64,000 nucleotides of DNA from contig OZ316894.1 of NCBI GenBank assembly GCA_973895155.1, positions 25,604,709 to 25,668,708 on the forward strand, read 5' to 3'. Under the pieces are notes generated by a model, which saw only the letters and a program-made list of their open reading frames with translations, had not been told where the DNA came from and did not search any database. Below are positions 11,416 through 23,381 of the stretch, in pieces; position 1 is the stretch's first letter; every line of letters starts with the position of its first letter. The DNA is from Marsupella aquatica. Its lineage: Eukaryota > Plantae > Marchantiophyta. Made by a program: the position numbers and the translations under genes.

Positions 11416-11528
11416 TGAGAGTATGAATGGAATGAAATCATGTATAGTCTGTGGCGGTTGGTACATATAGTGGTGCAGGTCCGGTGATTGGCTGATCCGG
11501 TCGTCCGGTCACCAGGTAGAGTCTAACA
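11416..11528 (-). repeat. 5' LTR
   Basis: TGTTAGAC...CTCTCA on the minus strand, followed by the PBS-like sequence. The inner boundary is uncertain by about 2 bp. Confidence 0.9.
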
Positions 11529-13080
11529 CTTATATGGTTATAATGGGAAAAAGACATTTCTTCCTTTGTATCTTGGTTTTTTATACACTTAATACTTACG
11601 GTATGACATCCCATAATTTACACAAATATGAACATAAACATGACAAGGACCTTTTTGTTTTCCAGAAAATTGGCTCTGTCTTGTTTGTCACCATCCTCGC
11701 TGATGTGGCAGATCAGAGCCGCACATAACATACATGTTCTCTTGATCATGAAGCCTCTATCACAACACTCGCGTTCTCAAAGTCTCTTTGTTAGCACGCT
11801 CATTCTCAAAGCCCCTATGGCAGCACACACATGCAAAGTTGGACACATGAACTCAGGGTGCCATGTGGTAAAGCCACTTCCGAAAGGATGAGTGGAATTT
11901 CACCCCTTATTTGAACACACAACAGTTAATATTGGATTGAAATGTAAGTCCCTATTACCGAGTCAAAATAAGGTATGATTCATGACATTTTTGGCACTTT
12001 ACTGGAAACTCTTTTAAATTTGGTTCGTTTCACTGGTTCTGTATATGGGAATGTGGACCTCCTGTTTGAGGATGGAACTAACTCTCATGTCAAATCAGGA
12101 AGCTTAAACAACCCTCACCAAAAACCACCCAAGCCGAATGCCCACGTCATCTGCTAATGGGAGAAGCCTAGTAGTGCGATGGGTTTGGGGTAAGCTCCAG
12201 GACACTAGTTACAACTTGAGACTGGTTGTAACCAACGGATTACGGGGGTGAAGTGATAGCAAACCTTGTAGAACCGGTGTAGTGAGATTTTACAGGTCAC
12301 ATCCAAGACAACAGTGTTAACGTATCATCCGGCTAGTAAATACCTATGCTTAGCCTTGGTCCATCTGGGTTGCCAAAATCTACCGGGGCATTATGCTATA
12401 CTTGGAGGTCCATCCCAGCTTCCACTTTGGATTCACCATAGATCTTATTCCCTTTTGATATCAACATCAACCAAGATAATGAAATTTACAACATTTTCTG
12501 GTTGTTAAAACATTTTTGGAAACTAGTGAAGGTGCAAGGGGTTTTGGAAAGTAAAGCCTGGATGGACAAAGGGTTTGCTGTAAAGCCCCCATGGATTTTC
12601 CAAAGCTGGGATGGATTGACTCAAAACATCAAAATTTACTCGGATAACATTCTTTATAGTTTTGAATCAACTTGTAAATAGGTTTCCATTATTATGCGCG
12701 GTGGCAAGTCGCAGCTCATGCAAATTACTACAGGGCATTCTTCACAAAAGTGAAGAGTCCTTCTTAAAGTGGTAAGTTGGTGCCTGTGCCCAAGTAGTGA
12801 GGGCATTTAGCTTATAATATTTGATCATCTTTGCACTCGTGGGCAATTGAGCAAATGGTTTTAGAAAAGATTGAAACTTTTTCAGGTAATAGATTGAACA
12901 TCAGGAAACATGTTGGGAAATTTTGAGCAGATTTTGAGCTGAAAGAGAGATAAAAAATTGATTTGTTGAAACTAGCATTTTAGAGTTGGTGGTTGAGACA
13001 CCTGGAAATACTACTTGGGGTGTCCTCAAAATTGAAACATATTTCTAAAAATAGCTCTACAATGTGTATTTTGGGTGTAA

Positions 13081-13176
13081 AGTGAAACACTATGCATAGG
13101 AGTACATTTGGATGGGCAAAACAAACCCAGTGAAACACTATATGTGTAACAGTACATGAGATGGGGAAAACAAACC
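13081..13176. repeat. ~48-bp imperfect tandem duplication
   Basis: AGTGAAACACTAT...AGTACAT...GATGGG.AAAACAAACC occurs twice, starting at 13081 and 13129. Confidence 0.75.
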
Positions 13177-13202
13177 ACTCTGTCCATCTGGCAAAACAAT
13201 TA

Positions 13203-13853
13203 CAGTTTACCGTGTCTAAGTGCAGGCTCCCGGGAAGACACCCCGAGCCTGCAGTTATACACGGTATGCACTACGTGATAAGTGCATGATATTCATATAA
13301 TGCACTTATGGGTATGTGCCAGTGTTCGAGATTGGTGCACTTATGCACGGAAGCTCCCGATTTTGATCAGTCTGCTGCCACACACTGTTTCATGTGTTCA
13401 CTGTTGCTCTTAATCAGTCCTTAACCTCGATCTCCTTCACATTCTCTTGTGTAAACCTAGTGATTGTGCTGTCAGGTCACACATAACTCTCTCGTACCCT
13501 AAACCCTCATACAGGCCCTGCCCAAATGCTTTAGTGCACCTTAGTACTGTATCTATTTGTTTGCAGCATTATTATGGGTAAGTACTTGTAAGTACTCTAT
13601 GTAATTCTGTCCAGCACTTATAAATAAAAGCATCTTGTCTACTGGAAGCACTAATTGATAAACGCATGTGAACTCTTATAGGCGGAATGCAGTTATGAAT
13701 CTTGTCTTTTAGTGACGCCAAGATGTACTTATAAACGGTGCATTTTTGGGTGTATTTACAAAGGAATGTGCTGTATGTTTTGGGAAGACACCAACACCCT
13801 GCAATTATCCACGGAATGCAGTAATACACGTAGCACTTATCCACGGTAGACTG
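13203..13853. mobile_element. Non-autonomous Tc1/mariner (pogo-like) MITE
   Basis: TA|CAGTTTACCGTGTCTAAGTGC ... GCACTTATCCACGGTAGACTG|TA: imperfect TIRs with TA on both sides; internal copies of GCAvTTATnnACGG. Confidence 0.8.
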
Positions 13854-14888
13854 TAAACAAATCCTCTGTCTATCCAGACTAAACTTTCACTGGTGTCCGG
13901 GCTTTAATTTCGAGTAATTTGGTAATTTTTATTTTTCTAACTTCAAAGAACATCAAACCGCGGGCCGCTTAACTTTTTGAATCCAAATGCGTGTCGTCAA
14001 AACAGAAACGTCAAGTTGTGTGACGGGCCTTTCTGGACTTACATGCACTTCTTTTGCATTCTTACTTTGCTCGAGCTGGTCTGTTGAAAATCGAGCTCAT
14101 TCGGAGTGTGGTGAAGCCTTCAAGGGCATCCGTCGTCTCGAATCGTCCGTTGCACCACACCTCACTGGTTCGGCCTTGGAATTGCCGGTACAGTCCACTA
14201 CTTTATTTCTGTTTTTCTTGATATCTCCTGTTTCTACATTGTATATTGAAGTTGTAAAATGAGGAGAGTTGGTGTCTTTTGCTTCGACAATCTAAGCTCG
14301 GTGTGACTCTGAGAAGCGTAGTCGAGCCGTTCGGGTGCGATCAGGGGAACTGGTGGGCCACTGCCGAAAAGGGCGAGAATCGGGAATAATGACGAATAAG
14401 TGAGGGAGGGTTGGTGTATTCCGTGTTCAGTCAAGCTTTTCTTCCTTTTGAGGTGTTTCGTGAAGTCTAGATTACACCGGAGTGGTACATCTGCGGAAGA
14501 TACCAGATAGGGCGAATTGAATCCTGCCCCGAGATAAATTCAGGGCTGATGAACAGAAGCCGCTATGAGCCGCAAGAGTTTCCTGGGATAGTCGGCCAAC
14601 CTTTCATTGCCGTTTTGTTCGACTTCTTAGCAAAGGTCGACGAGGTGAAAATGTAAGCAGCAGTCAGCAAAGACTACTTGCATTCATGGAAGGTCTGCGT
14701 CGGACGGAATAGCTGGTTGTCCCCATTGTCATAAACTTTGCAAGACGAATCGACTCTGTGATGTTTAAGGCATTCCAGAACAATAGTCCCTTGCTTACAA
14801 ATTACTTGTTTGACAACCCGAAGATTTAAGACCAAAGCTGATTTGCGCATCTTCTCGCAGGCATTGAGGGCACGACTGAGCTCTTGTG

Positions 14889-17827
14889 ATGGCGCCAGGT
14901 ACTGCACCGCGAGTGCACAAGCGTGTGATTTCTGATCAGCAACGGCGACGAGATCTGGCCCTTCAGCGACAGACGGAAGGGAGGAGAAACCTACAACTCC
15001 ATGCACGCCGGCTGGCGGCAGGCCTCTCAACTTCGGCCAATGAAAATGAGACCGGTGGAGACGAAGAGATCGCTGAAGTAGAAAATGAAGGGGTGGAAAG
15101 CACTGAAAGAGGAGGAGATGACTTGCAGGGAAATGCTGAGAGTAGTCCGATTAAGGAGGATCCAAAGGATGTAGGACTGCAGCAGGGAACTAGATTGAGG
15201 GGCGCTAAGGCTCGCGCCTGGTTTTCGAAACAGCTTATGCTCCCTGAGTGGATGATTGATGTTCCTTTACGGCTCCAAAATGACTGGTAGACACCTTCAT
15301 TTACTCATCAAAGTTTACTCTTCTTTATGAAGCATATGCTCTCTTTCTCTCGCTCGATATACATTAATCCTGTGGTGTAGCAAGCAAATCAACGAGCTAC
15401 TGCAGTTTATAATTTATTACCTCTGCTGTGACTCGTAGCTAGCTCCTTAGGAAGAAAGCAGGAAAATACTTTGAATTTTACAAGTCCTCTGTTTCCAACT
15501 GGATCATAGGACAGGTACTACGTGCGACTTGAGGATAGAATCCCGAGTGGAGTTTCCATTTATTAGCCCCAGCGCAATCATAGGACACTTGACGCGTAGC
15601 AATCCAGGCAATGGTCAATAGTGGAGGCTGTGAGTATCAATGACAACAGAAATCATTCATTTGCGTCACCAAGGTCACAATGAACAGAGTGATCTCAGGA
15701 AATCGGTGACATGGACCAGGAGGTGTTTCTTACGAGCTACTAGGTCCTGGCTAGTTATGTGCAGATGGACATTATTTCTTGTCTATATACAGAAAAGAAT
15801 TGACAAAAGCATTTTCAGGTACGTGATGAGTAGACCTGCAGGTCAGCGATGTGTCGTTGTTTCGTCACATGGCACTACAACAAGTAGGCTGCGAAATGGT
15901 CGTGTGCTGCATGTGTTTCCTTCTGCTCTGCCCAACGGAGCAAGAACTCGGGACGTGTCGGCTGCTTCGAGTGTGTTTTGCATCCTCGATTGCATTTACC
16001 ACGAGGTAGATTTTTTTTCTCCTCCTTGAATCTTAAACTTCGTCCCCTCGTAACCTCATATGACACCTGGTTCTGCTCGATAATAGTTCCTTATGATGGT
16101 AATCTCGCGTCTGTTTTCCAAGCGAATCCATACTAAGTTGTCTTTCTCACTGACCGCAGCCGGATAAGACATACTACGTGATTGACCTGATGTGTTGGCG
16201 GGGATACTCCTTGTACGACTGCGGCTGCGAATTTAGATTTTTTTGGATGAATTCGAAGCTAGCTGAGACCAACGCCCTTCAGCCTCCATCCACACACCAT
16301 CGTTACCGTTTCAGTATTGTTCCAGTCTATGAGTGCAGCACAACGGGTTTACAGGCAGTCTACTCTCAACCGATGCCTTTCTCAAGAGATGGCATTCTAT
16401 TCTACAACAGGTGAAGGGGCTAAAGTCCAAGTAAATTCTTTTCGCGTTGTGCGTGTTCCTAAATGAATATTGTCTAAACCTCTTAGATAGGTCGTATCGT
16501 CCTCATACATTCCCCTGTTCATATGAGTCCGAGGAATTTGTCCGCGCGTCAACCGTTATTTGTCGGGGTGCGTTTTGTTTGTGTGCACTTCTTCTCTTCA
16601 TAACTACTTCTGTCCGTGTGCAGACATGCGCACTATGTTCTGGGGCACACTCCACTAACCCTTATTTGGAAAGACGCCCAATGTAGTGCCTATCCTGTGG
16701 ATACGGATAGCAAGGGCAACGTAACTGCTTACCAGCAGGTATATCTTTTACTTCCAGAATTTCCTGCCTTAATGCTGACTTTGTGGCCCGTACTCTGTTC
16801 TCTGCCCCGAATGCTAGTCCAATTTCTTAGCACTTGCTCCTGGGAGCATCATGACAGTCTCCGTCAATCCTGTTTCTTGTGATCACGATATGCCTTCCTG
16901 ATAGCTGAAAGATGATGTCTGGGGCAGGTGGTTCTTGAGCTAGGGAGTGATGGATCTGTGGTCACCAGTGACGAACCACCTTTGGTACTTGGGACAATGC
17001 CAGCTCATTTTCTTGAACAGGTAACTACAGCCTGTAAGTGGGCTGACCTGAGCAATTATCTACCAAAGTAAACAACTGTAGACGTTGATATGTACTCAGT
17101 TCTCTTCTTTAAATACATGAGCAGAATTCAATGACCTGAGTGAGTAGGGCACCTTCAAAGCCTATAATTCACAGATATTAATAAATGGCTAGAGTCACTG
17201 TACTGATATCTGTTTACTAGGTCCACCTTTATATATTTTCTGTTTTTATTGTATCCCACTTCGAAGTTCGTAGCGTATAGCGGTTTGGCTATTTATATTG
17301 ATGTGTCGTCACATTTGTGATCCCTAAACTTCCTGCAGAATGCTGTGAACCTGAAACCAGGAGCTTTGCTGCGATTCAATATTGGAGACCAAGGTCTCAC
17401 CATCGTTAATGGGAGGCCTGTGGTTGCCGATATCCACTTTCAAGGCGTTGCAAGCCGCAGTCGTCCCGGTGCTGATAGCTGCACAAAGGTTCTTATTTGA
17501 CGAAGTACTTATTTGAAGATTCCGAGTTGATAACTTCGGACAACTCAAGTTGGCATTTGGCTTCGAGTTTTCTATTGCTTCTTATCATCTACTTACTATC
17601 TAATTATTATCATTTGCAATTCTTGCGGCTGGGTGGCTAGTGAAATCTCCAGTATAATTATTATTTCAGTTAGTACCGAGCCCTGATTGTCGGCTGTGAT
17701 TGTCCAACTCCAGATATTGTTTCAATATGCAGCCAGGCGGGATCCTCTCACAATCATGGACCTCTTGGCAGCAGTGGAGTCTTCTGAACCCGAAGGAGAT
17801 ATGACAATGACAGGAGGAGATGCTTAA
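14889..17827 (+). CDS. SNUPN: Snurportin-1 (m3G-cap snRNP import adaptor), 7 exons
   Basis: IBB-like DQQRRRDLALQRQ..R, QLMLPEWM, RP.GQRC.VVS..G.T, F.SALPNG, ILDCIYHE, YVIDLMCWRG, EFRFFW, DGILFYN..HY..G.TPL. Approximate exons 14889-15286, 15819-16005, 16160-16410, 16624-16738, 16929-17020, 17339-17488, 17714-17827, with GT-AG introns. Confidence 0.93.
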
Positions 17828-18644
17828 TAGCAATCTTCCAAACCTCGACATTGTGAACCCAAGGGACATTGGAACTCCAGAAGAAGTGGAGACTCTCCCT
17901 TGTCTCTTTTTAACAAGGTAAACTAAGGCCTTTTTTTTTGTTGCTTTGGCTAGGAAAGGATAGAATCTACCGACAAGTTGTGGCGCAAGAACTCTGGTTT
18001 CGAATGCAATCTTGTTTCAGAAGCCAAGGGTGAACACCTTTAATCGGAGCTTAACTAACTACATGCCAGAACTATGGAATCGAATTTCTCTTATAGCCGT
18101 CACATGAATTGATCAATCAGAAAATGGTATCCTTGCTTAGCTTTTATTCAAAAACAGAATTGCATTGAAATGCCGGTTGGGTCGAGGAGTTGGTTGTAGT
18201 TTCATGTATGAACCCTCCTAACTCTTAGTGTATCGGTTGTGTTACCAGCTTCAGGAACTACTCGTTTTAAATTAGTGGATGAAATGATGTGAGAAGGGGC
18301 CCAACATCCTGAGGTGACTTCCATTCTCTATCTTTACTATGAGCTGCAAAGATCCTGCTACCAGGTGGAAATGCATGAATCCCTGGATTCTTTTTACTAA
18401 TTGCAAATATTGTGACATTTTGTCTTGCGAATTTGGTTTTGCAAGCGTGGTGGCCAACTTGCACAAATAGAAAGCTTAAATCGTAGAGAATACCACACTA
18501 CCACATTAACTAATAGAATGGACACTCTATGTCTGGACGTCTGGAGTAGCTGGCTCATGTGTCCAGAGTGGTACTGTCCAAGCGTCGTCCAACATTGAGG
18601 AAATCTTATTAATAAAGTGCGATCAAAATCTGCCAGTGAGTGCT

Positions 18645-18907
18645 CTCTAGAGTGAAGCCTCTACTTTCGGTAAATACAGCGCTTTCAAAATCTATTGTTT
18701 AGGGTTACTATGATTGTTTCGGGTTACTATGTAGAGTGAGCTATGCTCTAGAGTGAAGCCTCAACATTGGTTAAATTTTACTAATAAAGCGCTTTCAAAA
18801 TCTAAATCTATTGTTTAGGGTTACTTTGCTAGAGTGAAAACTCTAGACATTCAAAATCTAAATCTATTGTTTAGGGTTACTTTGGTAGAGTGAAAACTCT
18901 AGACATC
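18645..18907. repeat. Degenerate tandem repeat (4 units) carrying a telo-box-like TTTAGGGTTA
   Basis: TAGAGTGAA(G/A)..CT and TCAAAATCT(AAATCT)ATTGTTTAGGGTTACT recur; the last two ~57-bp units are near identical. Confidence 0.8.
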
Positions 18908-19718
18908 ACTGTAAAGAGAACCAAAAGTGCATCCACAAAACAGGGATAGGAGCAAAGATGAATTGAATCTGAAATTTTCTGTCTCATGTCTATTTAGGTT
19001 CAATGAACGGTTAATCAGGCTAGTAGTTGTCAAATCTCTATCAACTAGACTACTTTTCACCCACTGATACAATAGCGTTCAGAAACAACTTCCATTTTTG
19101 TTAGTAATGGAGTTTGGTGCTTAGACCATTCAGATCTTGCTCAGCGATATTCCTATGTCCAACCATCTCCGTCCAACCCCTTAGTATGTACGATGGCGCC
19201 AGTTTGAACCCACACCCCAAGGTACCTATATTGCTTTCGAATTTCCACCATAGGTTCTTGCCAAGGTACTCCATATGACATTGAATCATAATCTAGCTTC
19301 TTAGCGAGTGCCATTTCTTTAAAAGCATTGCCCCATAACCCAATTTCTTATGTCAACGTCTACTCAAACCCAAATTCATCATATTGTGTAGTATTCACAC
19401 ATTGTTTCCATAAATTTATACTTCCATACAAACTCGTTTCTCAGCATGATCAGGCCTGGAATCACAGCCTTTACCAAAACCAAATGCTCAGATCTCGAGT
19501 GACTTGTTCATCGCTGTGCGACTAAACCCTGGGCACACATCTACTAGTTTACTGTTCATTTGAACGTTGTCCATTGCGTATTTTCTTCCCTGGATGGGAT
19601 AGCCGCCAACTTCTGAGTTGATGCTTCTATTGTCCAGGACGAGTTCATTTCACATCATTTTGCTACCTCTACATCTCATACAAATAATACATATATTTTA
19701 AAACCTAAGATAAAGCAG

Positions 19719-21976
19719 TTAGGCGGTTACATTTAAGGACGCAGAATAATGTACTAAGAAGTGAGCCCTCAAGTCATCTTCTTTAGCTCCTACATGTGAA
19801 TGTATCAACGTTCCGTTTCTGAAAAACCTGAAGTTAGGAACCCCTTTCACTCCCCACTTCCTCATCAGCGCCTGTCCATCACAGGGAAATGACTTTAGGG
19901 AGAGCATCAAGCTAGTAACAAAAGAGCTTCGCAGCAACAAATGAGGAGCCGACAAGCATTTCAAGAGAAAATAGAGTAGCTGTAGAAATTTGATGTGCGA
20001 AAGCAAGTAGAAGTTAACCAGAGATCCGACGAGAGGAAGGAGGACACATCTTGGAAAGGGCTTAACGACTTGGAAATTAGGATCCCTTCCTAAAGGACGT
20101 TCTGCACATGCTCTGTATCGGTTGGGCTGTGGGCTTCCCTGGTTGAGCTTTACAATATCTAGAATGAGCACATTTGTGGTTCCAGTACACCAGCAACGGT
20201 AACAGACAGCTAAGTAGCCTCTTATTCGCTTTTAAAATAAAGCATCCCATCAAATTTAGAATGCTCATATCGTATGCTCTAATATTGCACGTTTAAAGCG
20301 GGACGCAGTGAAGAGTGATTGAGAGAGTTTTACTGAGAAAAACTGTACAGTGGAAATGCCTTTCATTCGTTGCAAGTTGAGTTCGTAATAATATTATTAT
20401 GGAGTATTCATGACATCAGGTTGATCCCCTTTCGAAACACTCATAAACTCCACAGCATTCATTCATTTATTTGTAGTTCGTATTATCTCTAGATTTTAAG
20501 ATGAACGCAGAATGACAAAATGCCGAAGGACATGGAACCTCGTAGAATCAGACCAGGAATGAAGAGTACTACTACACAAAAAGTATCACAAATTAATAAG
20601 GCGAGAAAAAATTCGTACCCTTGTGTTAGCGCTAAGATCTCCATTGATCTTAATGAACAATGCGTCGGGATACTCTTTACTCATTTGCACGACTTTAGGG
20701 TAAATAAGTTTGCACGGGCCACAGGTCTTTGTGGAAATGTCAACGACAATCTGCCATCAAGCACACAACGTAACTTCAAAGATTAGCAAGCAAAGAAAAT
20801 TAAGTCTCCCTGGGCTTTCGTACGCTTAAAGCTCATGACAATCCTTGCAGGAAAAGTCTAATGCTTCATGAAGTGTAAGCCCGCAACGAGCTTTCTAACA
20901 TATGAAATAAGAAGTCCAGATTAAGCCAACGAACGACTGCGAAACACATATCGACTTCACATATTGCAGCAGACATGTAGTTTGGCTGGAATAATTAGGA
21001 ACACTCCAGCCAAACTATTCCGCTTCCAGTTTCCTCGAAATTGCTTCGCCTGCTCTTGAAGAAGTGAGACAAATATTACTCACCAGTTTATCGCCTGACT
21101 CTGCGATGTACTTCTCCATGGTCTCCGCTGTAGCAAATCAGAATCAGCCAGTAAGAGAATTAGGCCCGGAATTAGGAACCAATTGACAGAAGCAAGACGG
21201 GTCAGACGGACGGCTCGACATAAGATCCTGCTACTGCTAGGAAGCTTAGAGACATCTCTCTACTTTACATAACAAATGATTAGAGCATTCAAACTCCGCA
21301 ACCGGGCATAGTCATAAAAAAAGGAAATACTAAAGAACCTTTTCAGAAATTCACAGCAACTTCAACTGTGAAACATGCGTGCCCGAATTATCCACTACTC
21401 GCACAACTTTCAAAGAGGATATTACAAAAGCGGAGGTCATGAAGCCGAGAACTGACTATCAGACTAGAAAATTGCTCTAGAGTACCGCAGATAGACATAG
21501 GCTGACAGTCTAAATGAGCGGTAAAGGTCATTCCGAGAAAGCTGAAAGGAGGTCATTATGGAAACTTTCATGGTTCACAATATTCAGCTCTTGCCACGAT
21601 GCCTACGACGGAAACACCTCGTATTGCATAGACAAACTGCAGAGCAGTTTTATTAATCAAACCGTGAGCAGTGAGGGAACCTACCGTCTTCCACATCGAT
21701 GACGTTTCCCTTGTCTGCATCCGTTGCCAATTCTGCTCTCGATGAACTTACAACCAAGGCCTGCTTCCTCGCAAGTCTCACATGAAGTGCCTGCGAGCTG
21801 AATTGCGACTGAAGGCGCCTCTCCCCGCCTAGAAGGCTGTAATTGGCCTTCGACAGAGGCTTGATTCCTACAGCTCCCTGCCTGGTGGCGGCCGTGGTCG
21901 GAGTCACCTTTCCACATTGGTACGAAGGTTGGATACAGGATTGCGCTACTGATGAAACAACCATGACGGGAGCCAT
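19719..21976 (-). CDS. Plastid-targeted thioredoxin, Trx-f-like, with TCGPC active site; 4 exons
   Basis: Exon 1 is an S/A/R-rich transit peptide (21976 to ~21685); exon 2 AETMEKYIAESGDKL (~21127-21084); exon 3 IVVDISTKTCGPCKLIYPKVVQMSKEYPDALFIKINGD (~20750-20619); exon 4 ALMRKWGVKGVPNFRFFRNG (19871-19719) with the cis-Pro VP motif. Confidence 0.88.
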
Positions 21977-22726
21977 TTTTCCTTCCTTCGTAGTCCTTCC
22001 TAAGACGTCCAACGCGGGAAAACTGACTCAGACCGTCAGTACCAAAATTCGAGCTCGACGAAGCTCGTTGCTCCCTTCACAGTTGAGCTCTCAAACTCCT
22101 CGAGTCGTATCTTGTCCTATGACTGACTTTCCTCTTCGTTTACTTCATGCAGCTGCACAATGCCTTCCCGTCAGATATTGAGAAGCAATTGGCAACCAGA
22201 ATCGTTGTACATGTCGGCACGGTTACTCGGCAGCGCTTCACAAACAAATACCGAGTGATTCAGGGCGAAGAGAAAAAGCTGGAACAGAGAAGTCAGGAGG
22301 ACAAGTACCTGGCTCCTGCATGAACGGTCACGTCCGCGGCAGCAGCAGGCAAGCTAGAAAAGATTAATTTCAATCCTTCTCCTGCGAGCCACCAATCGGC
22401 ACAAACGCACGGGCTAAGGTCTAAGGAAAACTCGACACGACTTTCCATTCCGTCGAATCCTCCTACCATTCGACTCGTAGGCTTCATTGAAAGATCAATT
22501 CTCGACAAAGCTCCGCTCCAATCGGACGCCCCCGGTCCACAGAACGAATCGCAGGAGACATTTAATAATAATAATTGTTCCCTCACCGCAAGCCACAGAA
22601 TGGTACAAGCGAATCGTTCCCTCGCTCGCGAGCCACACAGAATTCCGCCGATGAGCGAGCAAACCGAGACGACTAGACGAGTTCAGAGAGTCCAGTACTC
22701 CAGTCCACACCAGACGCAATGGGCTG

Positions 22727-23064
22727 ACTAGGCTCGTCTTCCGTGAGGATCACATGCGACCGAAGGCGGACGACGGTGCGGCGATCGTGAACCTCTGCCG
22801 TTCATGATCTGACGGATGCTGTGGTACAATGAATCCAGGCGGGAGACTCAGCCGTAGATTGCTTCGGTGAGCTTCGACTGTGTGCATGAACCGTCACTAG
22901 GATCGTCTTGGGTGAGGATGAGATGCAACCCAAGTCGGAAGACGGTGTGGCGATCCTGAACTCTTGCCGTTCATGATCTGACGGATGCTGTGGTACAATG
23001 CATCTAGGCCGGAGATTCAGCCGTAGATTTCTTTGGTGAGCTTCGACTGTGTGCATGCACCGTC
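22727..23064. repeat. 169-bp tandem duplication (2 diverged copies)
   Basis: Units 22727-22895 and 22896-23064 share e.g. TGCCGTTCATGATCTGACGGATGCTGTGGTACAATG and GGTGAGCTTCGACTGTGTGCATG. Confidence 0.92.
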
Positions 23065-23097
23065 GGTCTGTCAAGATGCCGAGAACTCTCCGCCGAC

Positions 23098-23291
23098 CCG
23101 TTTCACCCGAAAAGAAATGTCGGAGGGAATTATTCACAGGAGTTCCCGCAATAATTTCTATTATGTATATGTTTATGGTCCCTCAGTGCCCCTTCCGTTT
23201 CACCCGAAAAGAAATGTCGGAGGGAATTATTCACAGGAGTTCCCGCAATAATTTCTGTTATGTATATGTTTATGGTCCCTCAGTGCCCCTT
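23098..23291. repeat. 97-bp tandem duplication (1 mismatch)
   Basis: Units 23098-23194 and 23195-23291 differ only at TTTCT(A/G)TTATG. Confidence 0.95.
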
Positions 23292-23381
23292 AATGGGGTA
23301 TTGGGGTCGACCGTATGCCGACCCGCGGGAGCGGGGAGGTGTACGGGAGACCCATACCCCATTAAGGGGCACGAAGGGACC
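23274..23381. repeat. Long stem-loop (28-bp stem, 26/28 paired)
   Basis: GGTCCCTCAGTGCCCCTTAATGGGGTAT (23274-23301) pairs with ATACCCCATTAAGGGGCACGAAGGGACC (23354-23381). Confidence 0.9.

Larger units (their letters stand above)
5753..11528 (-). mobile_element. Ty1/Copia LTR retrotransposon, Bianca-like lineage, inactivated
   Basis: Paired LTRs, PBS and PPT; domain order gag zinc knuckle (CHECGMTNHLARNC), protease (IIDSATTHTIL), GAG-pre-integrase, integrase (HADVCGP, RVDNAGEF, QNGLAE), RT (YGLKQSGR, YVDD), RNase H. Bianca-like motifs PDAFVD, SHIPAA, GRPLGSKDK and EISIHY..TG.MWDR. Confidence 0.95.

Noticed and set aside
22727-23291. CRISPR-like array
   Set aside because: Two simple two-copy tandem duplications with no repeat-spacer alternation and no cas genes.
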